A program made the translations under genes and the position numbers. From Leptogorgia sarmentosa (Eukaryota): 64,000 nucleotides of DNA. The stretch's first letter is position 1; each line of letters begins with the position of its first letter. The DNA lies in the NCBI GenBank assembly GCA_964658305.1, contig OZ210886.1:248001-312000 (forward strand). Direction: 5' to 3'. This document shows positions 27,719 to 40,982 of this stretch, in pieces. The notes beneath the pieces are model-generated. The model saw only the letters and a list, made by a program, of their open reading frames with translations, had not been told where the DNA came from and ran no database searches.

Positions 27719-30700
27719 TATTAAATAATTTCATTAAAGACTGAGTAAACAGTGAAAAGGCTTATGTGAAATGTATCAGAGTCCATTAAGTCTCTGCGTG
27801 GGATGCTCGGATTATAACTCACTACGGTTATAATTGCAAGTGAAAGACTGATTAAAATAACCTACTAGTTTATGACTACAAAACGATATATGCTACAAAC
27901 AAAAATTTTTATTTAATATCGGCGTGAAACTGTGTTGAGTTCGTAATATTCAATTGATTTTAATGTTTTATGATCATCATTGCCAATACTCTTCGTTTGA
28001 CAAGTATAGCTACATTCATCGCGCAAATGGTCCTGGGGACGAGGTTGGCTACATTCGTTCTGTTCAATTTGCAGCTTCGCCTCGGTCTTTGGTAAAAACA
28101 TTTATTATGAGCGTCGTATATAGGTAAAGGAAGAAAACATCAAGTTAATCTGGTGGAATGCACCTTTTCGGTGATTACATCATGCACATATACATTTTTA
28201 TATCCGAGAGCCTCGCTTTCATTAGTAAATGACGCAAAGCCCGACGGTTGACGAGAGCGTGCTTCCCAGGCAGAATGACGTATTGTATCATGTGAATAAA
28301 TAATTTATCTTTTTCATTTGAAATACATTTTTGGAAGAATACATCTCAGAATTAATTTTTTTTACAATAGAACATGCAGTTGAAGTTTGACTGCAAACTA
28401 TATTTATATTATCGAGTATTCGGAGTTATTTCTACCGACAAAATGCTGTATAAATTTTAGTCACACAATTCTCCGAATTCCATGCTGAATCTCCAATTTT
28501 AGCTGTCCTATGTTGCATGACTATACTGGCAACAAAATGAAAGAGATGGAACTAATGAAGTTATGACGAAGCGAAACGCCCATAGTTAATATGAGACTTA
28601 AACCTGAGGTAATAAAATGAAAACTCCGCTGGAGAAATGCTGAGATTCTGGTGAGTGAAGAAATGACAGAGAAGCAACTTGTATTTTGTAATTGTTATTA
28701 ACTATTTTTTTGCACTCACCAAGTGCATTCGAGCAAGTTTAGTAAATCCAGTACTAAAAAATAAATAATTATTAGAAATGGGAAATAGTTAAGACGATGT
28801 TTTCAGAAAATTTCCGCGAAAAACAATTTTTAAACAAAAACGTTGACTTCGTAGCTAAATTTTCCCAGAATAGAGTTCATAAATTATTCTGTATTATATA
28901 TACAATGTTATACAGCCTCTAATGAATGCTTTGAAGAAAATACATTCAAATTTCCCGCCTTTGGACATTTTATGGCTTGGTGATGTGGAAGGATGCACTT
29001 ATTACGCATGTGGTTATAGACTGGGCCAACCTCTGGAAATCTTTTATTTCAAAGCAGGGTCAAACTAAACGACACTTCTCAAATTGTTAAAGCATCTTTT
29101 TCTAAAAATCATTTTCGCCAGTTTTTGCTTTCATATGGTAGAGAATTTCTGAAAGGAACAATAAGATGTATAATTGAATTAAACTAATCTTGTTCTTTGT
29201 AAATATTGCGTAAAAGCAGACAACACAGATGCTAAGCTGTGATTTCGTTTTGTGGAAGTAGCCAGATTTTTGTAATTATTAACGGACATACAAAACGTTT
29301 ATTGTGGATGGATAATGGGACAGATTTAAGATTTGAATGTGGTTGTTAGGTAGGAACCTGGGTAAAACCTGGCCAAACAGCAATTAAACTGTTTTAACAG
29401 TCATTAAGCAATAAATAGTGACATAAACGATTAAATTTACCAACCGAGGGCAGCTGTCCTTATTGTTGTAAGGCCTTCGAAAAGCTATTTCGGTGATAAT
29501 TGTTCTAGCTGGACGCATGCGCAGATGCATTGTGCAATTGCTGTTCATTTTCTTCACTCTGTAGCGCGACGTTTTGATTTGCAAAAATCTCAGCGTGTTT
29601 ATTTATTGAACAATAAACAGATTTTAAACTCTTTTGCTAGACTCTCTCTAATCAGTTCCCAGTTGAATAATTCATTAGTCAAATGGCAAGCACTTTGTCT
29701 GAATGAAGAAGAAGTGAAGAGGACTCTTATGAACTGTTGTTGAGGTAACAGCATTTTTCAATTTATTAATTTTTTCTTGGTTTGTCTCCCCACACGGAGA
29801 GTTTGATTAAACGATCATCGAAGTAAAAAGCACGTGTGTGAATAAAAGAACCAAGATGAGTATAATTGGGCGTTTCTCTTGGGGTTTACTAAACATTGAA
29901 AGAAGCGTTGAAAGGATACATCAATGCTATTGACATTGCAAAGAGACAATGCATCCAACATAAACCTTAATTAACTTTAAACTGTTTGCCGTATAACGCT
30001 GCTACGATTTTGCTTGCTCGTGTTTGGAAAATACCTCAATTTGGGGGGTCACAATTATGGAAATACCTCAAATTCCAACGGATTCGAGCGCGAAAAACTG
30101 CATTTTGCTGTGAAAAATTTGCCGAGTTTGCCAAGATTTCTTGACTTCGTCACATGTTTAAGCTCATTATCATTCAAAATTTATTTTATGTGGCTAGAAC
30201 ATCTGCTAAGTCTATTTGAATTTGCCTAAACAAAGGAAAGCTAATGCCTTGAACGGCGTGGCTGTATGTGCTCAATGAAAACTTACCCATTCATGCCACG
30301 TTGTGTTCGGGGTTACAAGCCTAAGCAACGCATTGAAGTGCACGAGTTAAACTGAGAGATAAATAACTTTATATAATATAGACAATGTCAAAGTTTGTAT
30401 TTGGCCTGGCAAAACATTTGAAAACAATTCCATAAAATACAACATCAATACTCGTTGGTTTCTCCATGGTGAGTCCAAGCTGAGTAATTAGAAAATGGCT
30501 CAGACAAAAGAGAGCACATGCCTTGAAGAATTTCTAACTTTTTCTCGTGAGAAAGTGTTTGACTTTTCACTGCCAAGTAGGAAATAAATCAACAATCATA
30601 TTCTAGTAATTTCTTTCTTACTAAAAATCCACGAACGTTTTTCTTTGTACTTGAATAAGTGTTGCCCAATTTTCCTTTTTACTTTTCGATTTCTCTTATT

Positions 30701-31742
30701 GTCATGCTGATGTTGCCTTAAAGCTGTTTTATACTCCAAAATATAACAGCGGCAAACTGTGGAAACAGCTACAGCGTTTTTTGTAAGTTAGGTGTATTGA
30801 AGATGTTTTTGCTATATAAGAAGTAAAAAGAAAAATTCTGACATGCCTTATAAAACAATGGGCTGACCTTGTGAGGGTTTCCAAGACCTTGACATCACAC
30901 GTGGGTGCCCTTTGCTTCTACTTAATTTGTATCTTATATTTATTGTAGTTGTATTGTGACATATTGTGACCCATGAGAACGCATGCAGTGTTATACACAA
31001 CTAATGCTAAAACGTTGTTTAGTTTCTGACTTTGATTTCCTAATTTAGAGAAATGACAACGTATTTAGAGAAACAACGTAAAAACTTAACCTACTTGAAT
31101 TAGCTTCCTATTTCATTCAGTGTTTTTTTTTCTAGTATATTTTGGGTGAGTCACAAGCTAGGGCCAAATAATACATGCACTCGAATGTTATGAGAACCTA
31201 GTTACGTATGCTTTGGGTAAAAACTTGCATGTAATTTTTTAAACTGTTAAAGTAGTTGTCATTTTTTAGAACAACTGCTGTTTTAGCCCCCAGTATCGAC
31301 TACCAGTGTTTACGCTACAAGCTGTACTATTAGTATTGTAGCAAACAGCAACTATGAATTACACGGAAAAAGAACAGGTGAACCTAGCAGCAAATAATAA
31401 GCTTCAATTTTGTCTTAAACTTGCAAATAGCATCATTACCATCTCATTTAGGGATTTGTTGTGAAGTGAACAACGTCAAGGGTAAGACAACGGTCAAAGA
31501 AATGAAGAAAAAGTAAACTGTTTACAAAAGTGGAAAAACCTTTATTAAAAAATCTATATTATCACATTTACAAAAACATCTTTGGGTGTACATATTTTGA
31601 AATACATTATATGATTTTGTCGACTGAATCTTGATTTATTTATGCATTGTGAGACAAGGCATTGTAAATCTTTCTGTGTGCAACGTTTGCACTTGACTGG
31701 ATGTCACTGTCGATGAATCTTTGTGTTTCCTGCGCAATAAAA

Positions 31743-32706
31743 CTATTGATATTCCATTTGAAACGAAGCTGAACAAGTGTTACTTCGTCGTGGGTCTTCA
31801 GGAGTCCATACTTTCGCAGTCATTATAGTGTTTTGCCTGGATTTTGATTTGTCTGTCCATGATAACGAATGTCCTCTTAAAGGTGGCAGCCCATATTCAT
31901 TTGGTGCGTCTGAAAACGAGGAGTGTATATTAGTAAACCGTGTGTAGATTAGTAAACTGCACAATACAAAGCTAACTACTTCACAGCTTTTCATATTTTT
32001 AAAAACCCTGTTCAACTTTGATTTTCGTGATAAGGAAATTGTAAGGTTATAAAAATATATTATATTCAGGTATTTCACAAAGAAATGGCAAGGAATAATC
32101 AAATTTCTACCGAGTCTACTACTATCCAGAGTTCTATACATGCACTTAAGCAAACTGAGACGTAAAGTCGATAACTTCGACAAAGAGAAAAATGTATATT
32201 ATTCAGAGCTACACACCGCACTTTTATTTCAGTTATATAAGAACGTAGTGATATATTTAATATAGTTATAAAGACATATAGAAAGATGTTGGTGCTAAAA
32301 ATAAAAAAATGAGCATTCAACTCTTACCTAGACCTCTATGTCGTATCATAACTTTCTTCTGTTTTTCGACGCGAGGACGGCTGCAGAGATTTTCGCTGTG
32401 ACGGACATCGGAGTTTATAATCTCAGTGAGAAATCCAATATAACCTATAGCTAAACGTAAAGTATCCACTTTTGATAGTCTTTTTTCGTACGGTAACGTG
32501 GGAATATGATGTCGAAGTCCTTCGAATGCTTCGTTAATACTTTGCATACGTTTTCTTTCCCTCATATTTGCGGCATGTCTCTGAACAACAGGCTCTCGTA
32601 TCCCACTACTGGATTTCCTTTTTCTCCTTCTTTTACAGTTTGTTAAATCTTCTATAAACGGTCCACTCAGCTTCGATTCTTTGAAAAAAGTCCTTGTGCA
32701 ATTCAT
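31743..32706 (-). CDS. PTF1A: Pancreas transcription factor 1 alpha / Fer1 orthologue; exons 32706-32328 and 31909-31743; 181 aa
   Basis: b[55 protein letters not shown] is diagnostic of PTF1A. Phase-1 GTAAG...TTTTCAG intron. Exon 2 encodes GHSLSW and [16 protein letters not shown] on the minus strand at 31541-31546. Confidence 0.97.
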
Positions 32707-35700
32707 GTTTACGGGATAATTTCTCTTTCGGTCTTGCCTGGTCTTTGAACAAACTTCAACTGATCAACTATCCCTGTTCATGCGCAATGCTCTTTTTATC
32801 TTAGACGGTCAAACTCGGCAACCAATCAGAGCGTGAATTCGGACCACCGAAACGAGACCGCTCAGCAAATAACCAATTCATTTGCTATTGTCCAAGACCG
32901 ATAAAACAAAACGTTTTAATGATATACATTACGTGATTTTCTTCACAAAAGCAGGATTAGTAAAGACTCTTGAATGTATATTTCATTCACGATTTATTAA
33001 ACTAAAATCAGAGCTAAAGAAAAACTTTTAACCACAAGAAACAATTTATATTTTAATTTCGATTCCATACATGGTGATTTGTGTATTTGCTTTCCAAACA
33101 TGTATTAAAGCAGACACGAAACGTCTCAAAATTCGTTCGTATTTCATAACTCGAAGAGGCAGCTGGTCGGTGATCCCTATTTATGTGTAAACTAAACAAG
33201 CCTCTCTAGAGCTGTTTGTCGATTTATATACATCCGATACAAACTTTACACACTGTTAATGAATTGAAATATCGATTTTCAATTAGCACACAAATGAATG
33301 AATCAATTTATATTCAGCATGTCACAGTTATGCAGATTTATCGAGGTTTACTGCAAACGAGAAAGCGGCGGCTTCAAATTATAAACTGCGAGACTCAGTT
33401 TAATGATTTAACCTACAAATATGTATGGAGTTTCTTTAGATAAACGTTTATAGATCTATAGAACTAATTTCTGCACAAAATTTGAACGTTTACATGTAGT
33501 TGTTGGTGCAATTAGCTCAGCAGGAACGGGGAGCGAAATTTGAAGTCATTAAAACACAATTAGGGGCAACGAGTTTCATTTGCAGTCCACTAAAACGCAT
33601 TCACGAGGCGTTGATCCGTTACGTAGCTGCGATTTGCTCTGAGGAACATGAGTTTGTTATAAGTTTTGATATATACAAACCGTTGTTTGGCTAAATTTGT
33701 ACAATGTTTTGAAACTGTATAATATACGGCAATCCCCTGGAGCGTTTTTAGTTTGTGTTATTTTTGCATCCCTGCAATGTCAATTACAATGAAAATGAAG
33801 AACACGACGCCGATGTAGCTATGTCGCTCATCAAAATATTCAAACCACTTCAACATCACATCAAACAGTTTGATTTGAAAATTTGAATATTCATTTTGCC
33901 TTACGGCAAAGTCTATTCACATTCAGATTTTTTAAATAAAGGGCGAAGTCTTTGCCTTCATGTATGTGAAACTCATGTCTTATCAGTCAGCTGACCAAAA
34001 GCATGCAATCGAGGTCGAAAAACTAAAAAAGATATAGATAGTTCGTTGGCGATATATATAGAGATAAAATGATCGTGATAGTGATATAGCTATATATATT
34101 ATACTGATTAGTTTTTAATAAAAAATGTGCCATATATAGGTTACTGTGGCATGGTTCATTGGTTATTTTATAATTGAAATAAAGAGGGAATATAATGTTA
34201 AAGGCTATATACAGCAAACCATATAAAGAAATTTAAAGGGAGCCGAATATCAGAGAATTGGTACTGCATTGCATGCGAGCGATTTTCTTAGAAGAGGCCA
34301 AACTCGGGATTCTGAGTCATAACTTTATCCTTACATGCATGGCCATGTTTATTTCAACGTAACATTTAACTAGAATGGACAAAACAAGTCAATCACTGTT
34401 GTAGCCTGCATTGATACCTAAATCGCCGAAGAACGGCTTATCGCGTATGTCCCAAGAGTTTCTGACTTGATTCAATTCAGCAGTAACGGTTATACATCGA
34501 AAACATGCTACTGTTGAAATTTCCTTTTCATGAATATATTTCCTTTTCATTATATATTTCCTTTTCATGTTATACCATATATAATTGAAACGAAAAATCA
34601 CTTTATTAACTTAGATTCAATCATTACAAATATATTTAATCTGATCGGCTCGTAAAGTCAAACAAAAGCATGCCCAATCTGCTATTTGTTTATCAAACTA
34701 TAGATGGCGAAATAAACCATCGTTTTCTGAAGAGACAGCAAAACTCACTTTCGAAATTGATTTATAGATCTTTTAACACGTTTTTCTAAATAACTGAGCG
34801 CGTTTTTATTACTTCATAACATATTTTCGACCACTTTCCGAATTGTTGTTGTGTTTGTAGTGCAATGAATGCTCATGTTTAAAATATATCTTTCACAATA
34901 CAGTGCTCAATTTATTTGCGTTTCTTGATTAATATATTCATATAACATTTTAATTACGCTAGGGTGACGCATATTAATGATTCATGTTGCATAAGTATCA
35001 CATGTAAATATTGATAAGTAAATTATGTTGTACAATATATCACTAATAGCACAAGCCAAAAGTCCCTGACGGAAACCTTGGTAACTTCATTTCATGCGGT
35101 GAATTTCTAATTTTTTATCGATTCATTCATCTTTGCCAGAGAAATAATTTGACTGTATCACAATCTGTGAACTATCATGACATACTAGGCAAATTACAAG
35201 AAAGGATGTCCCAAGATTGGCCAGACCTCATCCATAACATTCTGGAACTTTTGCTGTTTGTTGATGTAGGTATTCGGCGGTAGCCGCGGTATATGTAATT
35301 ACATTGGCAACGTGTATTGGTTCAAAAATCTCTTCCAGTTTGAATCTCCATAAGCTTTTGAGTCCTGCTCTTATTGGAAGTTGCAGGCGTCAAACTCGAT
35401 GGTCAATTTTAAATTAGCAATGTATAGCAATGGCTTCACTGAAAAATTGTTTTACAAATTAACGCCATGTTTGCCACAAGAACGTTGTGGACAATTTTAT
35501 TTGGTTAGCTGGTGCCAATTCCTGTCTACAACCCCCCACCCTTCGGCATCGGTTCAGAACTTCAGAGAACGATCTGCCGCCACTATAATCGATTCCAGGA
35601 ACGTATCAACTATCAAGGGCATTTCGAGTGGAAGGGGGGGGGGTATTTTAAAACGTTGCTGACGATAGTTCTCAATACTATAAAACTTTTTTAGAGACAC

Positions 35701-36391
35701 CCGGTATATGGTACTTTTCGTATCAAAAAGACGCAAACGAATGTCTGTGCCTCCATTTCGGAGATTTCATTCGTAATAGGAGTAATATCCCGCATCTGTG
35801 AGACCTTGAAAGTGCTTTCGCGAGCGTTTCAAGTAAATAAAATTTTATAAAACCTTTTTTCATCACTAGAAATTTGACTTTGCGTGAATGCAAACAATCA
35901 CAAATTACTGTTATACTTATTACTGTCATTAACTTGTTATTATTGTAAGACTTCATTTGTTACAATGTCGAATGAATAAGAGCAATTAGAACGAGAACAA
36001 TTGACCAGATTTGATAAACCATTAAGCGTTTATTGTATGTGTTAGTGCAAACACCTGTTTTTCTAAGGATTGCCTCATAGAGTACTCATTGTTCACGTTT
36101 GTCATGGTTTTAATCACAAAATAAAATAAGTCCGGTTTATCGATTGTTTCAGCCCAGCATAGGCCACTATAGTAGTATTATAGCGTTCAAGAAGTAGTTT
36201 ATCGCCGTGTCAGGGCCACTTGGTGGTGCCTACCATGCTTGACAGCTTGAGACCAAAATATCTGTGCGAGATGAAGTATTGTCTATACTTACCAAGACAC
36301 CGCTGGTCTACTAATTTGAGCCACGAAATTAAAAAAATAAAAAATAAAATACAAAACTCAAGTGAACAGCGATCAATCTGGCTAGTTTGAC

Positions 36392-39300
36392 ATGAATTGT
36401 TTGAACTTTTTCATAATTGTATTATATGTTTTATTCTCTAATTATGGAACTGCGTTAGCTTGGGATAATATCGACTTAGAGCTGTTTGATTTGGTTGAGG
36501 AAGTGAGGACCAATTTTTACGAAGTTTTAGGAGTACCACAGGTCAGTTCTTTTTTTTTATATAAACACTGTTTTAATAATTTTAATTGGCTATCGAATAA
36601 TTATCATCTTTATATGTGATTCCTGCTTTCATTGGTGAAGTGTATTTAATACTGTAAAAGAGAAAATCATTAGATCTATGATGATTAGCAATGATCAATC
36701 ATCAAACATTTATGCTTGATCATTGAGACATTGACCAGTCATTCATCTACTCTGTCTAGGGGGGGGGGGGGGGTAAGGGGGGGGGGAATAGGCAAGTGTA
36801 GTCTGCAACTTTTCATAGTTACTAATAAAAATTTCAGTCAAATGATACACCAATGAATAAAGAGCTCAAGCAAAGCTTGAGAGCTTGACATTGCAGAAGT
36901 AAATTTGAGTCATTGATGATGAATAATTCTGTTATCCATTCTTGATTTCAAGCAAGAATGGTTGATGGCAACAATTGCCTTGTACAGGGTGTCCCCACCT
37001 CAAGTTGCTTGAGCTTTATCAGAGGGCAATATTCTTTTGCCTCTCTCTGTTACCTTGTGTTGGTGGAAATTTGTATTTCTAAATCTTAAAAACATTTTTC
37101 TTATTTAAAAAGGATGCAAGTGCTACTGACATACGACGGGCCTATCGTAAGTTGTCGCTTCATTTACATCCTGATAGGAGTGATGACCCTTTGTCTGAGG
37201 AAAAATTCCGCCAGGTACTTTTATCATTTATGCTCTGATCATTCCAGAGTGATCATTCTTAAATTAGCCAATTTGTGCATGTTTCTCCAGGTTATACCAT
37301 ACAAAGTATTACCTTTAGTATCTCTAAATACTGTATTGTTCTGCACTGCACTGTTTCTTGTAAATTACTGTAATAAAAACCATTATTACAAATAGTACAT
37401 ATTGCATGCATAATATTGCTGTACTGTACTATAGACTATACTAAATATATAATAATATATATATCATTTTCTTTCCTATTTCCCTGTATAGCACATTATC
37501 AGTTGATATTTTAGATACCTGAGAAGCGCATGTGACTCCAAATCTCCAATAGTTGTTCAATTTGCTTTTTAGCTTGTTGCTGTCTCCGAGGTTTTAAAAG
37601 ATGAGGAAAAACGGAAAAGGTAGAACATCATAAATATGTGCAGTATATCCAACACTCGTAGCATGCTTCTGGTAAGATGCAGTGGGAATACTCTTCAATG
37701 AGAGTTGTTATGCAGGGACGGAAGAATACTCCGTGCCATGCATTACCACATCCATGGTGGTTGAACATGAGCTCTTTATTTCAGATATGACCTCATATTA
37801 CGAGATGGTCTGCCAGATTGGCGGCAACCAGTATTTTATTACCGCCGTGTTCGGAAGATGGGATTTTTGGAGTTCTTGCTTTTTGTTTTTGTTATTTTTA
37901 CTGTTGGACATTTTATCATTGCGTGGTCAATATATCTGGAGCGGAAGTTTGAACTGGTTAGTACACTACTTAACATCCTTTAATGTTTAAATTGGAGGGA
38001 AGGTGAGCGATCTATAACACGTTGCTGTGGCGAAGGTCGTTGAGAATTTTCTAAATTTTAAACACAGGATGAAGTGCTGACATCCTTTAAAAAGAAAAAA
38101 GAGAAAAGAAATAGAAAACTTATCAAACAAGGAGCTGTAATAAATGAAGTGCAAGTGGAAGATATATTAGGTGATTTACAAAACACAGTATTACTATAAT
38201 ATATTTATTTACATCGCGTTGCATTACTTTAAAATGTCTTATGATAATTGTGGTAATTCTTTCTCAAATAAGAAATTTAACCAAAAAATTATTTCTCAAT
38301 TGTGTTCATCCAGTAACGCATCCTGTCAACTTCCACCATGAGAGACTGGTGGGGGGGGGGGGGGGGGTGGAGGGCGCACCACCACAACCATTCACATTTT
38401 CAAAATTTTTGTTTGTAAGTTTTGTGTAATGGTTTTGTAGACGTGGAAGGAGTCCACAAGCCAACGTTCTGGGACTTGCTTCCGTTTGTGCTTTATCGAT
38501 TGATCGTATCTACCATTCACCAAGCTCGCTTGAGAAGAGAATTCCAGAAACAAGAGAAAATAAGACAACAATTATTGGAAGAAGAAGAAGAGAGAGAAAG
38601 AGAAAAGGAATTAGGTTTGTTTTCCCGAATTGTATTTATTGACTGACTGAAGAGCGCAACTCGTTGATCAAAAGCAGAATTTTATTTGAAATGTTTTACA
38701 GAAAATTTGCTGAAACCTAAACCACGTCGACAGCGAGTACAACAACCTGGGCTGAGCTCTGAGGAAGTTGCTAAATGGGAAGGTGCACCAGTAACCACGC
38801 AGGTAGCACGAGAAGCTGATGATTCCACAGCAGAGGTTGCGCATGGAGTGCCAACAAAACAGAGCGTACGTGTACTGTAATTTTGACTTTGCTTGAGAAG
38901 AAGAAATATCGTGATAGAAGCTCGTGAATATATACACAGTATACCGTTGTATGGTTAATGTGAGAAATGCAACACCTTGCGATTGTGTGCAGCAGCTTCA
39001 ATCAGACTCTACGATAAAAGGTTTATCTTCATCCATGCAAATCTGTCTTGATAGGAAGGTGAATGGAGTGAGGAAGATCTTTCGAAGTTATCTCGTTTAA
39101 TGGTAAAATATCCTGGTGGTACTCCTGGCAGATGGGAAAAAGTTGCCTGTGACATGGGCAGATCTGTGAAAGATGTGAGTGCACTGTAGAATTAATTTCC
39201 GACAATTATTGTACATGTATCGTACTTATGTATGTGCAGTATACATACACATGTTCTTAGATTTTGTTGGGTTTCATTTGTGAAGTAAAGGGTGAAGTTT

Positions 39301-40243
39301 AATTTGTGTGTGAATAGCAGTTTAGTCATCGGCATGTATACAGTAAATATATATCAATTACCTTTGTAGATTACTACCCAAGTAAAGCAAACGAAATCGA
39401 TGATAAAAGACCAGGCCGTTCCTCATCCGAGTAAGTTGGTGAATTGTTATTGTACACTATTTGTAATAGAATCTTGCTCATATTGCACGCAAAAATTACG
39501 CCTCACGAATCAGAGCACTTGAAATACAAGGAATGCGAATGTAAACGTAGTCTAAATAGATCTATTTGAGTGGCTCTGTCTTTCTACGTGTGCAGACCAC
39601 CAGCTTTATCTGTATTTTAATGATGATATTAAAACGTTTTCAGCTGACTTAACGAGACTTGTTCCGAATAAGAAGACTACAAGTTTACTGGATGACAATA
39701 TTGTAACCCAAGCAGTGAAAGAGGACGATAATGACATGTCAAGTGAAGACCAAGTGAAGCCAACAACCAATGGTGTAGCAAAACAAGCATTAGACAAAGG
39801 ATATTCCGTCGCAAGTACTACTGGAGCTACAACGGAATCTTCAGAAGACGACAAAAATGCGTGGTCTCAAAATCAACAAAAACTTTTTGAAAAAGCTTTG
39901 GGGTCAGTTCCAAAAGACGTGCCCGATCGATGGACACAAATTGCCAGAAATGTTCCTGGGAAAACTAAGGTTAGTGTAGTTTTTTGCACGAGATCATTCT
40001 GAAAATGTCCACCGAATTGGTATAATTGTATTAAATATAATATGATATTTTTCAGAATTGTACCTAGTGCACCAAAATACCAATTCATTTAGTCTCTAGT
40101 CTGGTACTGAAATCTGTTTTATTGTCTTGTGCACGGCCTCACATATGGTATACATATTTTTGAATTTATAGGAAGAATGTATGGCGAGGTACAAGTTTCT
40201 TGTGGAATTGCTTAAGAAACGGAAAAGAGGAGAGACGAAATAG
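36392..40243 (+). CDS. DNAJC1: DnaJ homolog subfamily C member 1 (ERj1/MTJ1), 496 aa; exons 36392-36541, 37113-37214, 37573-37619, 37785-37956, 38068-38170, 38441-38614, 38702-38865, 39055-39174, 39370-39430, 39644-39969, 40172-40243
   Basis: Signal peptide then WDNIDLELFDLVEEV; J domain with HPD; GLPDWRQPVFYYRRVRK then a TM helix; two SANT/Myb domains (WSEEDLSKL...PGGTPGRWEKVA and WSQNQQKLFEKAL...DRWTQIARNVPGKTKEEC). All introns GT-AG with consistent phases. AATAAA at 40294. Confidence 0.96.
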
Positions 40244-40790
40244 AATGACAAAATAATGAATTTATAAATTATATTGTTCGTGAATATATTTGTAATAAAG
40301 AGGATTTTATCTTATAATTAACATTTAACTGATGTGAGGATAGGAAAAAGACATCCAAAAGAAAGACTTCTGAGACGCGAAAAGTTTGAAGTACAGAGTG
40401 CTGCGGCACTCAATCGTGCAGTAATACAGCACGTGTAAATTCACCCGGGGGTTATTCGCCCGTTTCCGGGTTACTTGCCTGTTTGCGGGTTACTCGCTGA
40501 AAACAAACAAAGCCCGAAACCAAAGAGTTTGGCGAAAATACCATGAACAAAAGATTCATACCTTTATTATTTCCTCTGATAAACATGCTCTCTAAATTTT
40601 AAAACATATGAAGATATTTCAGTGAAAAATTAAAGATTATAGTTCAGAGTGAGGAGATTTTCCGGTTTGATCATAGAAATCCTGTTTAAAGTTTAAGTTA
40701 TTCTCCCAACATTCGGGATTGGTCGGAGCTGAGATTTCAACCAATCACAGCGTAGGCGGGAAAACTTGCTGAGGGAAGGTCTTCGGGGCA

Positions 40791-40868
40791 GCGGCGTTTA
40801 TTCGAAGGCGGCATTTATTCGAGGGCGGCGTTTATTCGAGGGCGGCGTTTATCCGAGTAATTAAGGTA
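40791..40868 (+). repeat. 17-bp tandem repeat x4, probable MITE terminus remnant
   Basis: GCGGCGTTTATTCGAGG-like unit four times, followed by TAATTAAGGTA, about 120 bp upstream of the BIN3 ATG. Confidence 0.7.
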
Positions 40869-40982
40869 TATATTTTTGTTTTCGAAACAAGATGGCTACC
40901 ATTTTTTAGTCTTTAATTAAACAATATTTGGCATCAATATTTAGGCGGGTTTAACACTTTCGAACGAATTCAAGAATACAGA

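Noticed and set aside
36759..36786. Poly-G tracts (also near 14168, 21667 and 38352) as G-quadruplex elements
   Set aside because: Simple homopolymers in introns or repeats, with no evidence of function.
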